Shown piece by piece: positions 49,791 through 62,899 of a stretch of DNA of 64,000 nucleotides. The notes beneath the pieces were generated by a model that ran no database searches, was not told the DNA's origin, and worked only from the letters and a program-made list of their open reading frames with translations. How positions within the stretch are numbered: position 1 is the stretch's first letter; each line of letters begins with the position of its first letter. The DNA comes from Octopus sinensis (taxonomy: Eukaryota), in the NCBI RefSeq assembly GCF_006345805.1, contig NC_043006.1:27838001-27902000 (forward strand). Direction: 5' to 3'. The position numbers were made by a program, and so were the translations under genes.

Positions 49791-52700
49791 GTGTGATAAA
49801 TAGTGGGTCGCAACTCTAAAAAGTTTGGGAACCACTGTGTTAGAGAATATATTTGTGCATTTTTCCTATCATAAGCACTAGAAAGACAATTATATCCCCA
49901 ATATGACTAAAAGGACCTGGTCACCCCACTTCTCTGCTCATTCGTCAGCCTCTTTAAAGAATGAGAAGCATGAGTGATAGACACATAACTGGAGGCATAA
50001 ATAATAGTGATGAGAGGGGATGTATGATAAGAGTAGAAGTTATAGGAATACTCAGTATTCTAAGATAGATATGTATTTTCAAGTTAACATAACCAAAATG
50101 GCAGGGAATGAAGTCTATGTGACCTTTGAATTAGATTAATAACAGAGACCTTGAATGTTTGGTAAATAAGGAGGAGGATTCTGATAGTAGAGAAACTGAA
50201 ACATATAACAGGAAGTACATGAGGGAAGGGTGAAAGTAGAGTGGTTCAATGAAGACACCTATACATAGGCTTCAAGATGGGTCAAAGGGGTTGAAAAGTA
50301 GAGATGAACAATTGTGCGCTGAGCTTTGTATCAGTGTGTGCATGTATGCACACACTAAACACATATGCACATGCACACACACGCATACATGTAATAATGA
50401 TAGAAAGATTGAAAGGAGGTAAGAGAGATAGTTTTATTTTTACTCTGTAGATATCAAATGAATCCGGATTCTCGACTTTATATTGTTTATTATTTCTATA
50501 TAGTTCTAATTTCAGTTATTTAAGCAAATGTCTCATTTTCACTTCCTTTCATTATTTCCATTTTGTATTGTGTGACCACTTCAGATATGTGGCCTAATTC
50601 ATTACTAATACAACTTGATATTATGTTTACTCCGTTACATATCTAAATTGCCTGTACGTAAAGTGGGTGTTTGACTTAATCTATCTTTCACTTAAGTACC
50701 ACTACTTGGTAAAGGAATCTACTCTGTCACAAGCAATCAAGCAAAGTCTCTAATCTGAGAAAAACTTCATTCAATTAGTCATGGAGTTCCTGAAAAGAGG
50801 TCATGAGCACTGCCCTTTCTCTTTTGACAAAATCATTAAAACAAAAACAAAAGAGAAAGAGAAAATGGTAATAACATTTAGGATGAGATCAGATCTTAGC
50901 ATGTTGAGTCTTGTGATAGAGGCAATAAGATGATCAGGGGTATTGATATGCTGTATTAATGGCACATATACAAGCATGAGGAAACAGATGTCAAAGCCCA
51001 GGTTGTGGAGTCAAAGTCAGTACATTTCTGCTGGCTCTGATTCTAACTCCAGCTAAATGTGAATTGTAATAATAAAATGATGCTAATTTGTCTGTTTTGA
51101 CTGATGACGACGACAAGGATGGTGGTGGTGGTGGCAATAGACATTGGCAGTGGTGATGGTTATGATAACTGTTTTTTGGCATTGAAAAATAATCAAAACT
51201 GATTTAAGGGTTTCCATGAAGGAGATTCTTGGAGAAGGAATTCTGTTTATAAAAATAAAATGTTAAGAAACTTTGGGATTTGGAATTTTAATCTAACCCT
51301 TCTTCTATAAATATAGCATTTCTGTAATAAATATTGATTTCAACTTTTAGCACAAGGCCAGCAGTTTTGGGGGAATAGGTAAGTCAATTACATTGACTCC
51401 AGAACTCAATTGGTACTTATTTTATCGACCCTGAAAGGATGAAAAGCAAAGTCAACTTTGGTGGAATTTGAACTCAGAACATGAAGATGGATGAAAAACT
51501 GCTAAGCATTTTGCTCGGTGTGCTAACAATTCTGCCAGCTCACCACCTTATTTCTTTAATAAATACTGAAAGAAAAGACTTTCCAATCTTTAACAATATT
51601 TTTTATTCATTTATGTTTTATTTTGAAACAAAGCTTTAATCTCAAAAACAATTGTTTATGTATCTACACAGGTTATGTATCTCATTACTATATTTCTTTT
51701 AAAATTATTTGCCATAATACTTTAGGTATCTTTTGGTTTTAACTTTTATTTCTTGTATATTTTTGAAATGGTAAATAAAGATGTTCCTGATTTTCTTTTG
51801 TAGCATTTTTATAGTTTATTTATTTTACATCCATTTATTTCATTGCCTTTTGACCAAAACAGCTTCTGTTTAAAAATGTTCTGTGTTTTGTCTTATGCTT
51901 AATTGTTTGTTTGTTTTCATTTAATAAATTATATATAAAAGTCACAATAGTATAGCTATAGCATTTAAGCTTGACATTAACAGATTAGGGTGCTAAAGGT
52001 AGTCTGATTATTCACAGTGGTCATGTATGTTGTGTGCTTTTACTTAATATAAGAAATATATGAGTAGTCTAATTACTAACAGAGGAGTTAGAGAGTCAGA
52101 GTGAGAGTTTTTCCTGGACTTCTTTCCACTTGTTTAATCAACTGTAAAACCACTTTTTATGAAGCTGGAAAAAAGGTGATATTCATGACCAGCTTATATT
52201 TGTCTAGTTCAAGTAAGAGTTGTCCATTGGAATATTAATTAATTCATACTGATTTCAAATTTTGGCTCAAGGCCAGCAATTTCATAGGAGGAGTACATCA
52301 ATTACATCGACCCCAATATTCAACTGGTACTTATCTTATCAACCCTGAAAGGATAAAAGGCAAAGCTGACCTCGGCAGAATTTGAACTCAGAAGACAGAC
52401 AAAATAGTAGCATTTCATCCAGCATGTTAATGATTCTGCAAGATCCCCACCTTATCAGTTAATTAATATTTATAATATTAATATACTAGAGTGCTTATTT
52501 GTTATCTGACAAGTAAACTCTGAAAGTATACTTTTGCTACCATGAGTAATGTTAGAAAGAATGGCATAAATGCAAAAGTTATAATTTAACTTCTCTAAAA
52601 CTTAAAATATATTTGGCGAATGGTGCAGGTGAGGTTGTGTACGTTTCAAGTGAGGGTATACTTTTAGGTGCATGCACGTGGGTGTGCGGGTGCGCATGTG

Positions 52701-52862
52701 TAGGTATGAACATGCGCGCTTACATGAATACTATGAACTTTTTTACTCTCTCCTCTCACTTAGTGGTCATTCAAATAGCTCTTTTGTATTAATAACGGTC
52801 AATCACACAGTAATTTCCCTTTGTATAATGGTCATTTTTCATAGCATTTTTTCCGATGGCCA

Positions 52863-52923
52863 GATAACTGAAGAGATGGCGGCGTGGATTTCCACCTCGG
52901 CATCCGAAACTCTGAGTTTTATC
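52863..52923 (+). ncRNA. Type I hammerhead ribozyme motif
   Basis: GATAA-CTGAAGA-GATGGCGGCGTGG-ATTT-CCACCTCGGCATC-C-GAAA-CTCTGAG-TT-TTATC: 5-bp stem I, 11 of 13 stem II pairs, GUU site. Confidence 0.7.
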
Positions 52924-53352
52924 ATGGCTACCGAATGATTGTCACATATTACATTTATAGATAAATTCCTCTATTTACATAATATTGAGGTCTCTTTCAT
53001 TCTTTTGTTGTCTTACAATTTTTATCAATATATATATATATATATTGATAAAACGGTAAGATAACAAAAGAAAGAAAGAGACCTCAATATTATGTAAATA
53101 GAGGAAATTTATCTATATATATATATACATACATATACATGATGAGGCTATAGTTGAAGACACTTGCCCAGAGTGCCATGCAGTGGGACTGAATGTGGAA
53201 TCATGTGGTTGGAAAGCAAGTTTCTTACCACACAGCCATGCCAGTTGTTAAGCGTCCCACCTATGAGGGATTGATGCTAGATGTGTCAAACCAAAAGTGA
53301 TTAATAAAAATTCTCATATATTTCATCTTCTGTCTTTCATTTACCATACAAT

Positions 53353-53406
<54 letters not shown>

Positions 53407-53462
53407 TTTAGTGTAGGAAGAAATAGAGCTGAACGAAGATTTAACAAGATTCCCTTTTATTA

Positions 53463-53546
53463 TTTTCTACATATGTTTCAAAGGCTGCAAAGTCCCTAAT
53501 TCAGATTGAATAAGGAGACCAATTTGCAGCCTTCTCTTCAGGAAAA
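53463..53546 (-). ncRNA. Type I hammerhead ribozyme (left arm, minus strand)
   Basis: Mirror copy of 53647-53730. Confidence 0.85.
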
Positions 53547-53646
53547 TCCAGGAACTTAATTCTCCAACAAAATGCACAGCCGGGCTCCTCGCGAGCATTT
53601 GTTGAAAAGCTTGCTGTGCATTTTGTTGGAGAATTAAGTTCCTGGA

Positions 53647-53730
53647 TTTTCCTGAAGAGAAGGCTGCAAATTGGTCTCCTTATTCAATCCGAATTAGGGA
53701 CTTTGCAGCCTTTGAAACATATGTAGAAAA
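53647..53730 (+). ncRNA. Type I hammerhead ribozyme (right arm, plus strand)
   Basis: TTTTC-CTGAAGA-GAAGGCTGCAAA..TTTGCAGCCTTT-GAAA-CATATG-TA-GAAAA: 5-bp stem I, 12-bp stem II with a G-U base, palindromic ACATATGT, GUA site, predicted cleavage after 53725. Confidence 0.85.
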
Positions 53731-53942
53731 TAATAAAAAGGAATCTTGTTAAATCTTCGTTCAGCTCTATTTCTTCCTACACTAAATATATAAAACTTCA
53801 AATTTCCGCACTAAGGCACGGGTTTGAGACCCCATGGTCGTAACCTCAACCGTGATTTTTCTGTTGTGATTTTTGCTACCCAGGTATCGGTTATCATTTG
53901 AATAATCCGTAACAAGATAATTCATTTATCCATTTCAATAAT

Positions 53943-53999
<57 letters not shown>

Positions 54000-54030
54000 T
54001 ATATATATGGTTGAAACATGTAAAAGATTA

Positions 54031-54124
<94 letters not shown>

Positions 54125-54229
54125 TAATCTTTTACATGTTTCAACCATTAGATTGGGCCTATGTTGGGGGGGGGGGGGGCACTGTCGTGAAGAATTTTAG
54201 TCAAATGAATCAAAACCTGTACCTATTTT

Positions 54230-54622
54230 TTAAAAACCTGTTACTGATTCTATCTGTCCCTTTTGCTGTACTACTAGGTTATGGAGATGTAAACACACCA
54301 ACATCAGTTGTCAAGCATTGGTGGGAAACAAGCACAGACACAAAGTACAGAGACACACACACACACACATTCATCCTCTGGGTTGTTCAATTTTTCTCAA
54401 CTGATCAATGGACCATTTGAGTAAACCAATCAATGAACAAACTTATAATGATTATCATAATCAGCTGTAAGTCAAATTTACTACAATATTCAGCAGAAGC
54501 AACAAAACTGCTTCTGCTAAATGTTAATAAGAATATACATATATTTATATTTTGAGTTTTATTTTTACTGTTTGCATCACCATACCTGTTTGTGTGTGTG
54601 TGTGTATGTATGTATATATATA

Positions 54623-54690
<68 letters not shown>

Positions 54691-54850
54691 ATAAGCTTAT
54701 TTCAGTTTCCATCTACCAAATTTACTCACAAGGCTTTGGTCAGCTCAAGGCTCTAGTAAAAGTCACTTGCCTAAGGTGCCATACAGTGGGACTGAACCCA
54801 GAATCATGTAGTTGGGAAGAAAAATTCTTACCACACACACATGCCTGCGC
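54230..54850 (-). mobile_element. tRNA-derived SINE split by an insertion and (TA)n
   Basis: 3' half at about 54230-54360 and 5' half at about 54690-54850. Confidence 0.65.
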
Positions 54851-57149
54851 CTGCAAAGTATATAAATATATATTTATATATAAAAGATATATGTAAAAGT
54901 AATTTGCAAATTGACAATTCATTTTGAAATATTGACAAAAATATTATAAGAACATTTACAAAAGAACTACTCTGTTATTTACTTCTTACCCAATCTCTAT
55001 TGATTCTTCTCTCTAAGTATGGTTTATGTGCAACATTTCCACTCATTGCTTCCAACCAAGTCTAATATGGACACTCATCTTGCACCTCTCTTGTTGACTC
55101 TTTCTGTATTTCTGTTTTACTCCCCACCCTTATTTCTATATAACCAACCAATCATCCACTGAACATTTGTATTGGCCATTATTTAATAGAGATTATAATA
55201 TATTATTATTTTTATGGTTAGAGGAGGAAAGGCAATCATCATGACCATTTTTAGTGTTTTTGAGACTTGTAGCAGAAAGGGAAGAAGAAATAATGATCAA
55301 TAGTTTAGATTTATACAGGAGGAAACTTGGTCTGAATACTTGCAACTGTCCTGGGCCCAAACAACAACAATATGACATTTTCTTACTGCTTTAACTCTCT
55401 TGATTCCAACCCACATGAGACCACCTCTGGTCTTATGATACAAGTATTTTGCTCTGAAGTGATCTAAATTTAAAACTTTCAATTAAAATTTCATGTTAAA
55501 TTTATGTTTCAAACACTAGCTTCATAATGAGAAAATTATTTTACTAAACTCTTTATTATTTTCAAAATTTATCAAAACAAAAGGCAGCACATTGTAACAG
55601 CAATATAGTAAAAAAAAAAGGGTTAAAGTAATATAAATTAAAATGTTCCACCAAAATTTGATGTTAATTTATATTCCAAACACTAACTTGATTGTGACAG
55701 AGTAATTTTACTTAATTCTTCTTTTATTTTCAAATTTAATTGAAACAAAGACAATGTCTTTCAACAGAGATACGTAGCAGCAGATTAAAAAAAAAACTTA
55801 CCAATCTTGTTGGATTAAGGATATTTGTAACAAAATTCTGATTTTCCACCGTTTAAGATGTTTCATATGTAAATCAAGCAATATATCTTACCAAGTGTCA
55901 TAATACAATGTGATAAGTAAGGTTTGGATTCATAGAAATGCAGTTTGCCAGCATTGCCACATAAGAAGTGTGCTGCTATCACTGTTTGTTTGAAGATAAA
56001 TTATTTGTAGTTTTTCACATTTTCTTTTCAAATTAAGATGCTGCTTTGTTAACAAGGGAATGAGATGTAATCTAGAACATTTGCAGATCAAAGTACATAT
56101 TTACATAGCAACATATTATGTACACAGAAACAACACGTGTTGAATAATATATTATATTTTAAGATAGAGTAATGAAATAAATATTCTATGTTTAAAGTAC
56201 AATAGATTTTAAAATAGTAGGAAACATTAAATAATTTGAAAAGTATTTGTAGTATGACATTTTTTTTCCACTACAAGCGACTCACTGCCCTTGCAGGCAA
56301 AGTCTTGGCACTGCTCATGTCTCAGCAGCCAACATTGCATCTCAAGCACTTTGACTTTTGCATCCTGTGATTTCCAGTTTGCCAGACAGTTGTTATCACA
56401 TGTGCAGGTCAGACGTTCTGTTTCTCAGACTATTTACATTTCTTAACTTTGCCTCACCAGTGACTGTTCCAGAGAATAGACTTATGTTGTTATAGACACT
56501 GCATTCACATTTTCTCTCTTTCTGTATCATTGTACATATATACTTTGTTCTATTTGATTGGACACCTTTCTTTGCTGAATGTTTTCCTTGTACATACTTG
56601 CATTGTATTTTTTTTTTCAATTGTTCATGCTACTGTTTTGACATGGTTCGTTCTTCTTTACTCTTTTGGTGCACACCTACACTGCCTACACTACTCTTAA
56701 TTGATTGCTTCCGCTCTAAGTGGGGGAGCCTCTGTAAGCACAGTTACCCCACTTGACAGCAGGTTTAAAACAAGCTTGCTAGATGGTGTCAGAGTGTGAG
56801 ATTCTAACACGTGGCTTTAAGACTTTTGCTTTCTGCATTGGAACATGAGACTGTGAAGATGTAACTTAACTGGCTCTTTCTCACACCACACACCAGTAGC
56901 AGCTAACAAACAGGAGAAGACTATGCCTCCATGCATGAAACCATTTTCATTTATCATTCAGCTTGTGTATATAAGTATGGCCACATATAAAGTCACAGCC
57001 TTGTTTTATGTATTCCTTATACTAGGTTTCTTGTCAAATGATATTACAGCCTTCTGAATAGAGTCACATTAGATTGATCCACAACCTATCCATCTATAAA
57101 TGCTACATTGTTGAAATATGCAAATGAAATCAAGTTGTACCTTGAGATA

Positions 57150-57490
57150 AAAAGAGAAGATCCTATATGCTATAGATCTTTCCTGCAATCAGACCTGGAC
57201 ACAATGCAGCAATGGATTACCAATTGACAACTTAAGCCAGCTGTGGACAAGTGCACTATCATTCATTTTGGAAGGCAAAACCCAACTTTTACACACTTCT
57301 TCAACAACACCAATCTTAAGAAGTGTTAGTGAATATGAACTGGGTATTATTGTCAATAACGATTTTCATTGGACAACCATAAGTGCTGGTGGCACCAAAA
57401 AAGAGCAGTCCGTATATATCGTAAAGTTGTTGGCCTTGAGAAGTGCATCCAGCTGTGGAAACACTTCCAAAATAAACAACAGAGCATGAT
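57150..57490 (+). mobile_element. CR1/L2-type RT C-terminal remnant
   Basis: DKCTIIHFGRQNP and ELGIIVNNDFHW motifs in broken frames. Confidence 0.5.
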
Positions 57491-59247
57491 GCAGTCCTTG
57501 GACTTGTTGGATCCTGTCAAACCAACAAACCTATACTAGAAGGGAACAATATATACATACGTGTGTGTGTGAGTGTGTGTACATACATTTATACACAAAC
57601 TTCAGAATTTAAATGAAGTATTTAATAAATAAAGGAAGGGAGGTAAAAAAAATTTATAAACTGAAAGCAAATTTAAAATTGAAAGAAAAAATCATTACTT
57701 CCTGGTATTTTTTGTTTTCTGCTAATTTTTAATATATTTTAGATTTTATCATAAACTTATTTTGGAATAGATTTTAAAATATTATTAGAAATTTATTACT
57801 CGCACATTTCACTTTTTTCCATATTAGGACTATGTTATTATTTTCTTGTAATTGTTTACTTTAAGTACATTTTCATAATCATATTATGAATTTTTTACAT
57901 TTCTTTCCGTCAGGTCTTCTAAATGGCAAATCTTAAATGTGAAAACCGAAATTTCTTTTTTCATCAGTGCCTTCCAGCTTTTGTATATCCCGTTTACGAG
58001 TATTCACGAAAACAGACGAACTTCTGGAGCCATGTTATAACATTTCTCCATTGTCGAAATTCCACATGGATGAAAGCAGAATACAGGTAAAGATATTTAC
58101 TTAATTCTTTTTATCAATCGCTAATTATTTTCTCTTATCTAAATTAATATACATTAATTCTATGATGTAAGTTTTATATGACGTTTGGAACTAATTAAAT
58201 GGGACAATCAAGTAGTTCCGTGTGGGCATGTTTTCGTTTTATGATCGTCGTATGGCAGATAAAGATGAAAACATTTTATCGTAACTGATTTCATATCTTC
58301 TTTCTTTGTTGGGTGATTTGTAAGAATTGTCTTGGACCTGCTTTGCTATATCTGTCCAGGATCAATACAGTTATCTTAATAAAGACGAACAAACGAAGGA
58401 GCCTTTACGCAGCCATTTCACATACTAGAAATAGCAACTAAATCTCTTTTAAATTGTACCCTTAAGTCGGTATGGTGCTATTTAAGAAAGATTTAGTTGC
58501 TATTTCCAGTATGTTAAGGATACCCTGAGTAATGTAGTACTAGACATGTCCTTAAAAGGCGTATTGTTCATGGCTGGAGTGCCTTTATATATTGATATTT
58601 GTAAACAAGGTTGATCTCAGGCTAAACAGACTTCATCTGCTAGAAACAGCAGGCAGCCAGAGCTTTCTCAAGCCACGCCCTGCAATTCTAAAAGAAAGAA
58701 AGGACATTTTACATAATGGGGTCCCATATAAGGCGATCTTTGAATATAACTCGCAACTTTCACTTTCTCAAACTTTAGCTGGTATCAGTTGGAAAGTTCC
58801 CTTAAGAGAGAGAGTTTAATCACGGTTGGGGGGGGGGGGTAAATATACAACAAACAGTAAAATACTGGAGATTAATTCTAGTGATTACACCCCCACCCCC
58901 ACTCCATAGTTTTGTACAAAATTAGACTGGTACGTGAGGATCAAAGCAAAACAATAACAATGGATGGTTGACCCGGTTTTGATTCTCGGTTGTAGCCATA
59001 TTAATTTCATTTTGTAAAGGTATAATCGTCCCAGTTTTGGGAACATAATCAAGTAATGATTATGTAGATAGTTGCTGGAAATAGCTATATATATATATAT
59101 ATATATCATCATCATCGTTTAAAGTCCGCTTTCCATGCTAGGATGTGTTGGACGATTTGACTGAGGTCTGGCGAACCAGATGGCTGCACCAGACTCCAAT
59201 CTGATCTGGCAGAGTTTCTACAGCTGGATGCCCTTCCTAACGCCGAC

Positions 59248-59323
<76 letters not shown>

Positions 59324-59508
59324 TTGTGCATATATGTATGTAGTCTGTTGGAGTATTTCAATTGATCAAAATGTAAACTCTATAATGTTCATATTGCCCT
59401 GAAGATCTTACACCCAGACTACTCAAAATGCAAACTTTTATTATTATATATGTTTCGTAATTTAAATTGAGTGCGACGTGAAACAATTGTAGGCAATGTT
59501 AAATAATT

Positions 59509-59912
59509 AGGAGTGGCTGTGTGGTAAGTAGCTTGCTAACCAACCACATGGTTCCGGGTTCAGTCCCACTGTGTGGCATCTTGGGCAAGTGTCTTCTGCT
59601 ATAGCCTCGGGCCGACCAATGCCTTGTGAGTGGATTTGGTAGACGGAAACTGAAAGAAGCCTGTCGTATATATGTATATATATATAAGTGTGTGTGTATA
59701 TGTTTGTGTGTCTGTGTTTGTCCCCCTAGCATTGCTTGACAACCGATGCTGGTGTGTTTACGTCCCCGTCACTTAGCGGTTCGGCAAAAGAGACCAATAG
59801 AATAAGTACTGGGCTTACAAAGAATAAGTCCCGGGGTCGATTTGCTCGACTAAAGGCGGTGATCCAGCATGGCCGCAGTCAAATGACTGAAACAAGTAAA
59901 AGAATAAAAGAA
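59509..59912 (+). mobile_element. tRNA-derived SINE
   Basis: Full-length copy of the 23836-24240 family. Confidence 0.85.
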
Positions 59913-60679
59913 TAATCTATATTCATTGGATTTCTCCATTTTCAAACTTATTAATATATATATATTTATATTTATATATGGTGGAAGTCAACTGGTGACT
60001 GAGTAAGAACATGTATATGTTCCGAGAGCCCAAAATCTAAGAAGTTACTGTGCATGAATTCATTTTGGGTTGAATAGGTGATGCACAGAACGGAATCCAC
60101 TTTTCAAAGTAGTCAGCTATAACATGGTACATCAGGGGTCGAGACCATGAGAAACCGACTAGAATGAATTTCAAATGAGAACTTGGGAGTCCTTCACTCC
60201 ATGTTAGTTGACACATAGCTGGGACCCTAACAGGTGCTACTACCCTGAGTTTGAGTAGACTAAGAACAATAGTAGTCAACAGGTTATCCCACACTTCCCA
60301 AAACCTCAGAACTCTCATACTAGAAACTGCATCTGACGTGCGTGTTTGTATGTATCCACTTAGCCTTGTATGTATCCACTGTCCCGTTTTTGTTCCCAAC
60401 TTTAACCCTCCATAAATATCAAATTTATTTTGGTACTTATGGGGGCAACTCTCTTCAAATACTCGTTTTGTCATTCAATGCTTGTAATTTGGAGTAGATA
60501 GACAGTTGACAACTGATGAAGGGTCGTTCTTTATGTTACTTGTCCTGTTTTCCATTTGTTGCTCTTGTTTACCTATTGAACTAATTTGTTTTTGTATTTC
60601 ATGTTGATTACTTTTGGTGACGTCCTGTACCTATATATGCATATGTGTGTGTATATATATATATATATATATACATATA

Positions 60680-61152
60680 TATATCATCATCATCATTTAA
60701 CGTCCGTTTTTCATGCTAGCATGGGTTGGACGGTTTGGCCAGGGTCTGGGAAGCCAGAGGGCTGCACCAGGCTCCAGTCTGATCTGGCAGTGTTTCTACA
60801 GCTGGATGCCCTTCCTAACGGCAACCATTTCGTGAGTGTAGTGGGTGCTTTTTACGTGCCACCGGCACAGGTATCACAACTACAATTTCCATTTGACTTT
60901 TTGATGTTGATGTACTTGATTCAATAGGTCTCCTCAAGCAAAGCAGGTCGCCCTATGATCCAAAGTAAGCATAGCAGGCCATCCTGCGATCCAAGGTACT
61001 TTGGATGGGCTGGGGCTTCTATGTTAAGCTGGTGCAGGAAACAGCCATGAACTCACGTTATTGTCGGGTCTTTGCAATCACAGCATATCTCCAGAGGTCT
61101 CAGTCTTTCGTCATTGCCTTTGTGAGGTCCAACGTTTGAAGGTCATGCTTCA
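60680..61152 (-). mobile_element. RTE LINE 3' end
   Basis: (CAT)n tail at about 60683; homologous to 16420-16935. Confidence 0.8.
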
Positions 61153-62899
61153 GCAAAATTTAGATTCAGATGAATATGGTACTTAATTTTGTATGGTATT
61201 ATCCATATAAATCAAATGGGGTGATTATTATCAAAATAAGCAACAAGGATATCCAAGGTAGAGTAGTACAATTGTTTCATGCTACTTCATTTTATTAAAC
61301 ACTGTAAGTATTACATCAGTTTTAAAATGTTGAGAAGGAAAATGTACAGAAATTTTACGTTGGAAAAATACTTTTTTTTATGAAATTAAATATTTACTAA
61401 GACCAGTTTCACTTATGCTAATTAAGATGAAGTAATGATAATGTTATAATTTCATGCTATCATAAGTTTTCATTCCATACCAGCAAGGAAGCTGAATGAG
61501 GATTGTTATCTATTACTACTACTATTGTCTGCCAGTAGATGTCAAGGGAACTTCTAGTAAATCAATGCTTATTTTAATTAATTATGAATACATTAACTTT
61601 ATCTAAGACTTAATTGTTGAATTATATTGAAAAGTCTTAGCAGTTTATTTATTCATTATTATTATTCTTTCAGAGACATCTGTCTGACAGTTCCTTTTGT
61701 GATACCAGTTTTGACCAATCCAGTAGTAAGTTAAGAATAACTCTATGTGTGTGTGTGCTCCTTTTGATTCCATTTCCTCACTCTCAATATCATCCCTTCC
61801 CACTTTATTATCTACCAATCTGTGCCTTTAGTTATCTCCCCTTCCTCTGAGATAAGTCGTAGGACTGCCATACTTAATTTTTAACATCTCTTTTATTTCC
61901 TATCATTCTCATCACCCTGCCATATCTGCTGCCCATGGCTTTCCCCACTCACTATAGCCACCTCTACATACCTCTGTCATTCATCTCTGTCACTGTCTCA
62001 CCTCAACACTTCCTCACCCTGCACTCGATCTCCATTTCACTTATCCTCTCCCCCTTCCTGAGTCACTCCAATTCTTTTTCTCCTCTCATACTATTTATCA
62101 TCAACCACTCCTCCACATTAACCTCTACACCCATCTCTAACTATCTGTCACTTTCCTCACGCACACCTATGAAAATCCTCTTTTTTATTTTTTAAATACA
62201 TTATTTTTAGGATTGTTAGCAATTTAATTTTAATATGGTAGGGTGTGGTCTAAGGAAGATTTAGTTGTTGTTTTTAACAAGTTTAACTCCCTCGTTGGCT
62301 TGGAGATTGTTTGTTACTATTAGGTATGCTATCAAACAGCTATTAAAGAATGAATGCTTTTTTGACTCATCCTTTAAAATTCTATCTCTTAGTGTATGTA
62401 CTGATTGGTAAAAGTGGAGGTGTTTTTATTATTTGGTTAAATTATGTATTTACTTTCAGTGTAGAATATAATTACTCTGGAAGAATTACTTACTTTTGAC
62501 ATTCAGTTCAGTAACATGCTATTATTTATTCTCTTGCACAAACACACATAACTACATTAAAAATATTCAGTTTAGTCATGTCTCTATTCTCATCGCATCT
62601 GTAGACTGCTAAGAGAGATGGATATTTGGTATATTGGTTAAAATACACCACATGTCACAGACATACAAAGTCAAACATTCCATTTAACTATATCCATAAT
62701 TGTCAGCAGATACTATTTATTCCTAATCTGTTTTTAAGTTCTTCAAGTTTTGTGCAATATTTTACAATAATAATGTGAAGCTTCCCTTTTGCTTACATTA
62801 TTCTATATATATATATATTGTATCTTTGTTTGAAGTATGTCAGCATACATTTCAGTGAATATATTTTTACAATATTTTTTGCTGTAATGTCATAGGAAG

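Larger units (their letters stand above)
53402..53791. repeat. Near-perfect palindrome, 179-bp arms with a 32-bp spacer
   Basis: 53402-53580 versus the reverse complement of 53613-53791; two mismatches seen. Confidence 0.95.

Noticed and set aside
56270-56940. Cys-rich minus-strand fragments (KCLRCNVGC) resembling a piggyBac C-terminus
   Set aside because: Too degenerate to assign without a search.
60510-60640. ACAACTGATGAAGGG in a PLE-like tail
   Set aside because: No matching stem II or GAAA downstream.
61230-61325. Third copy of the 5387/28029 hammerhead family
   Set aside because: Truncated before CUGANGA, so not a complete ribozyme; used only to infer the palindromic stem III.
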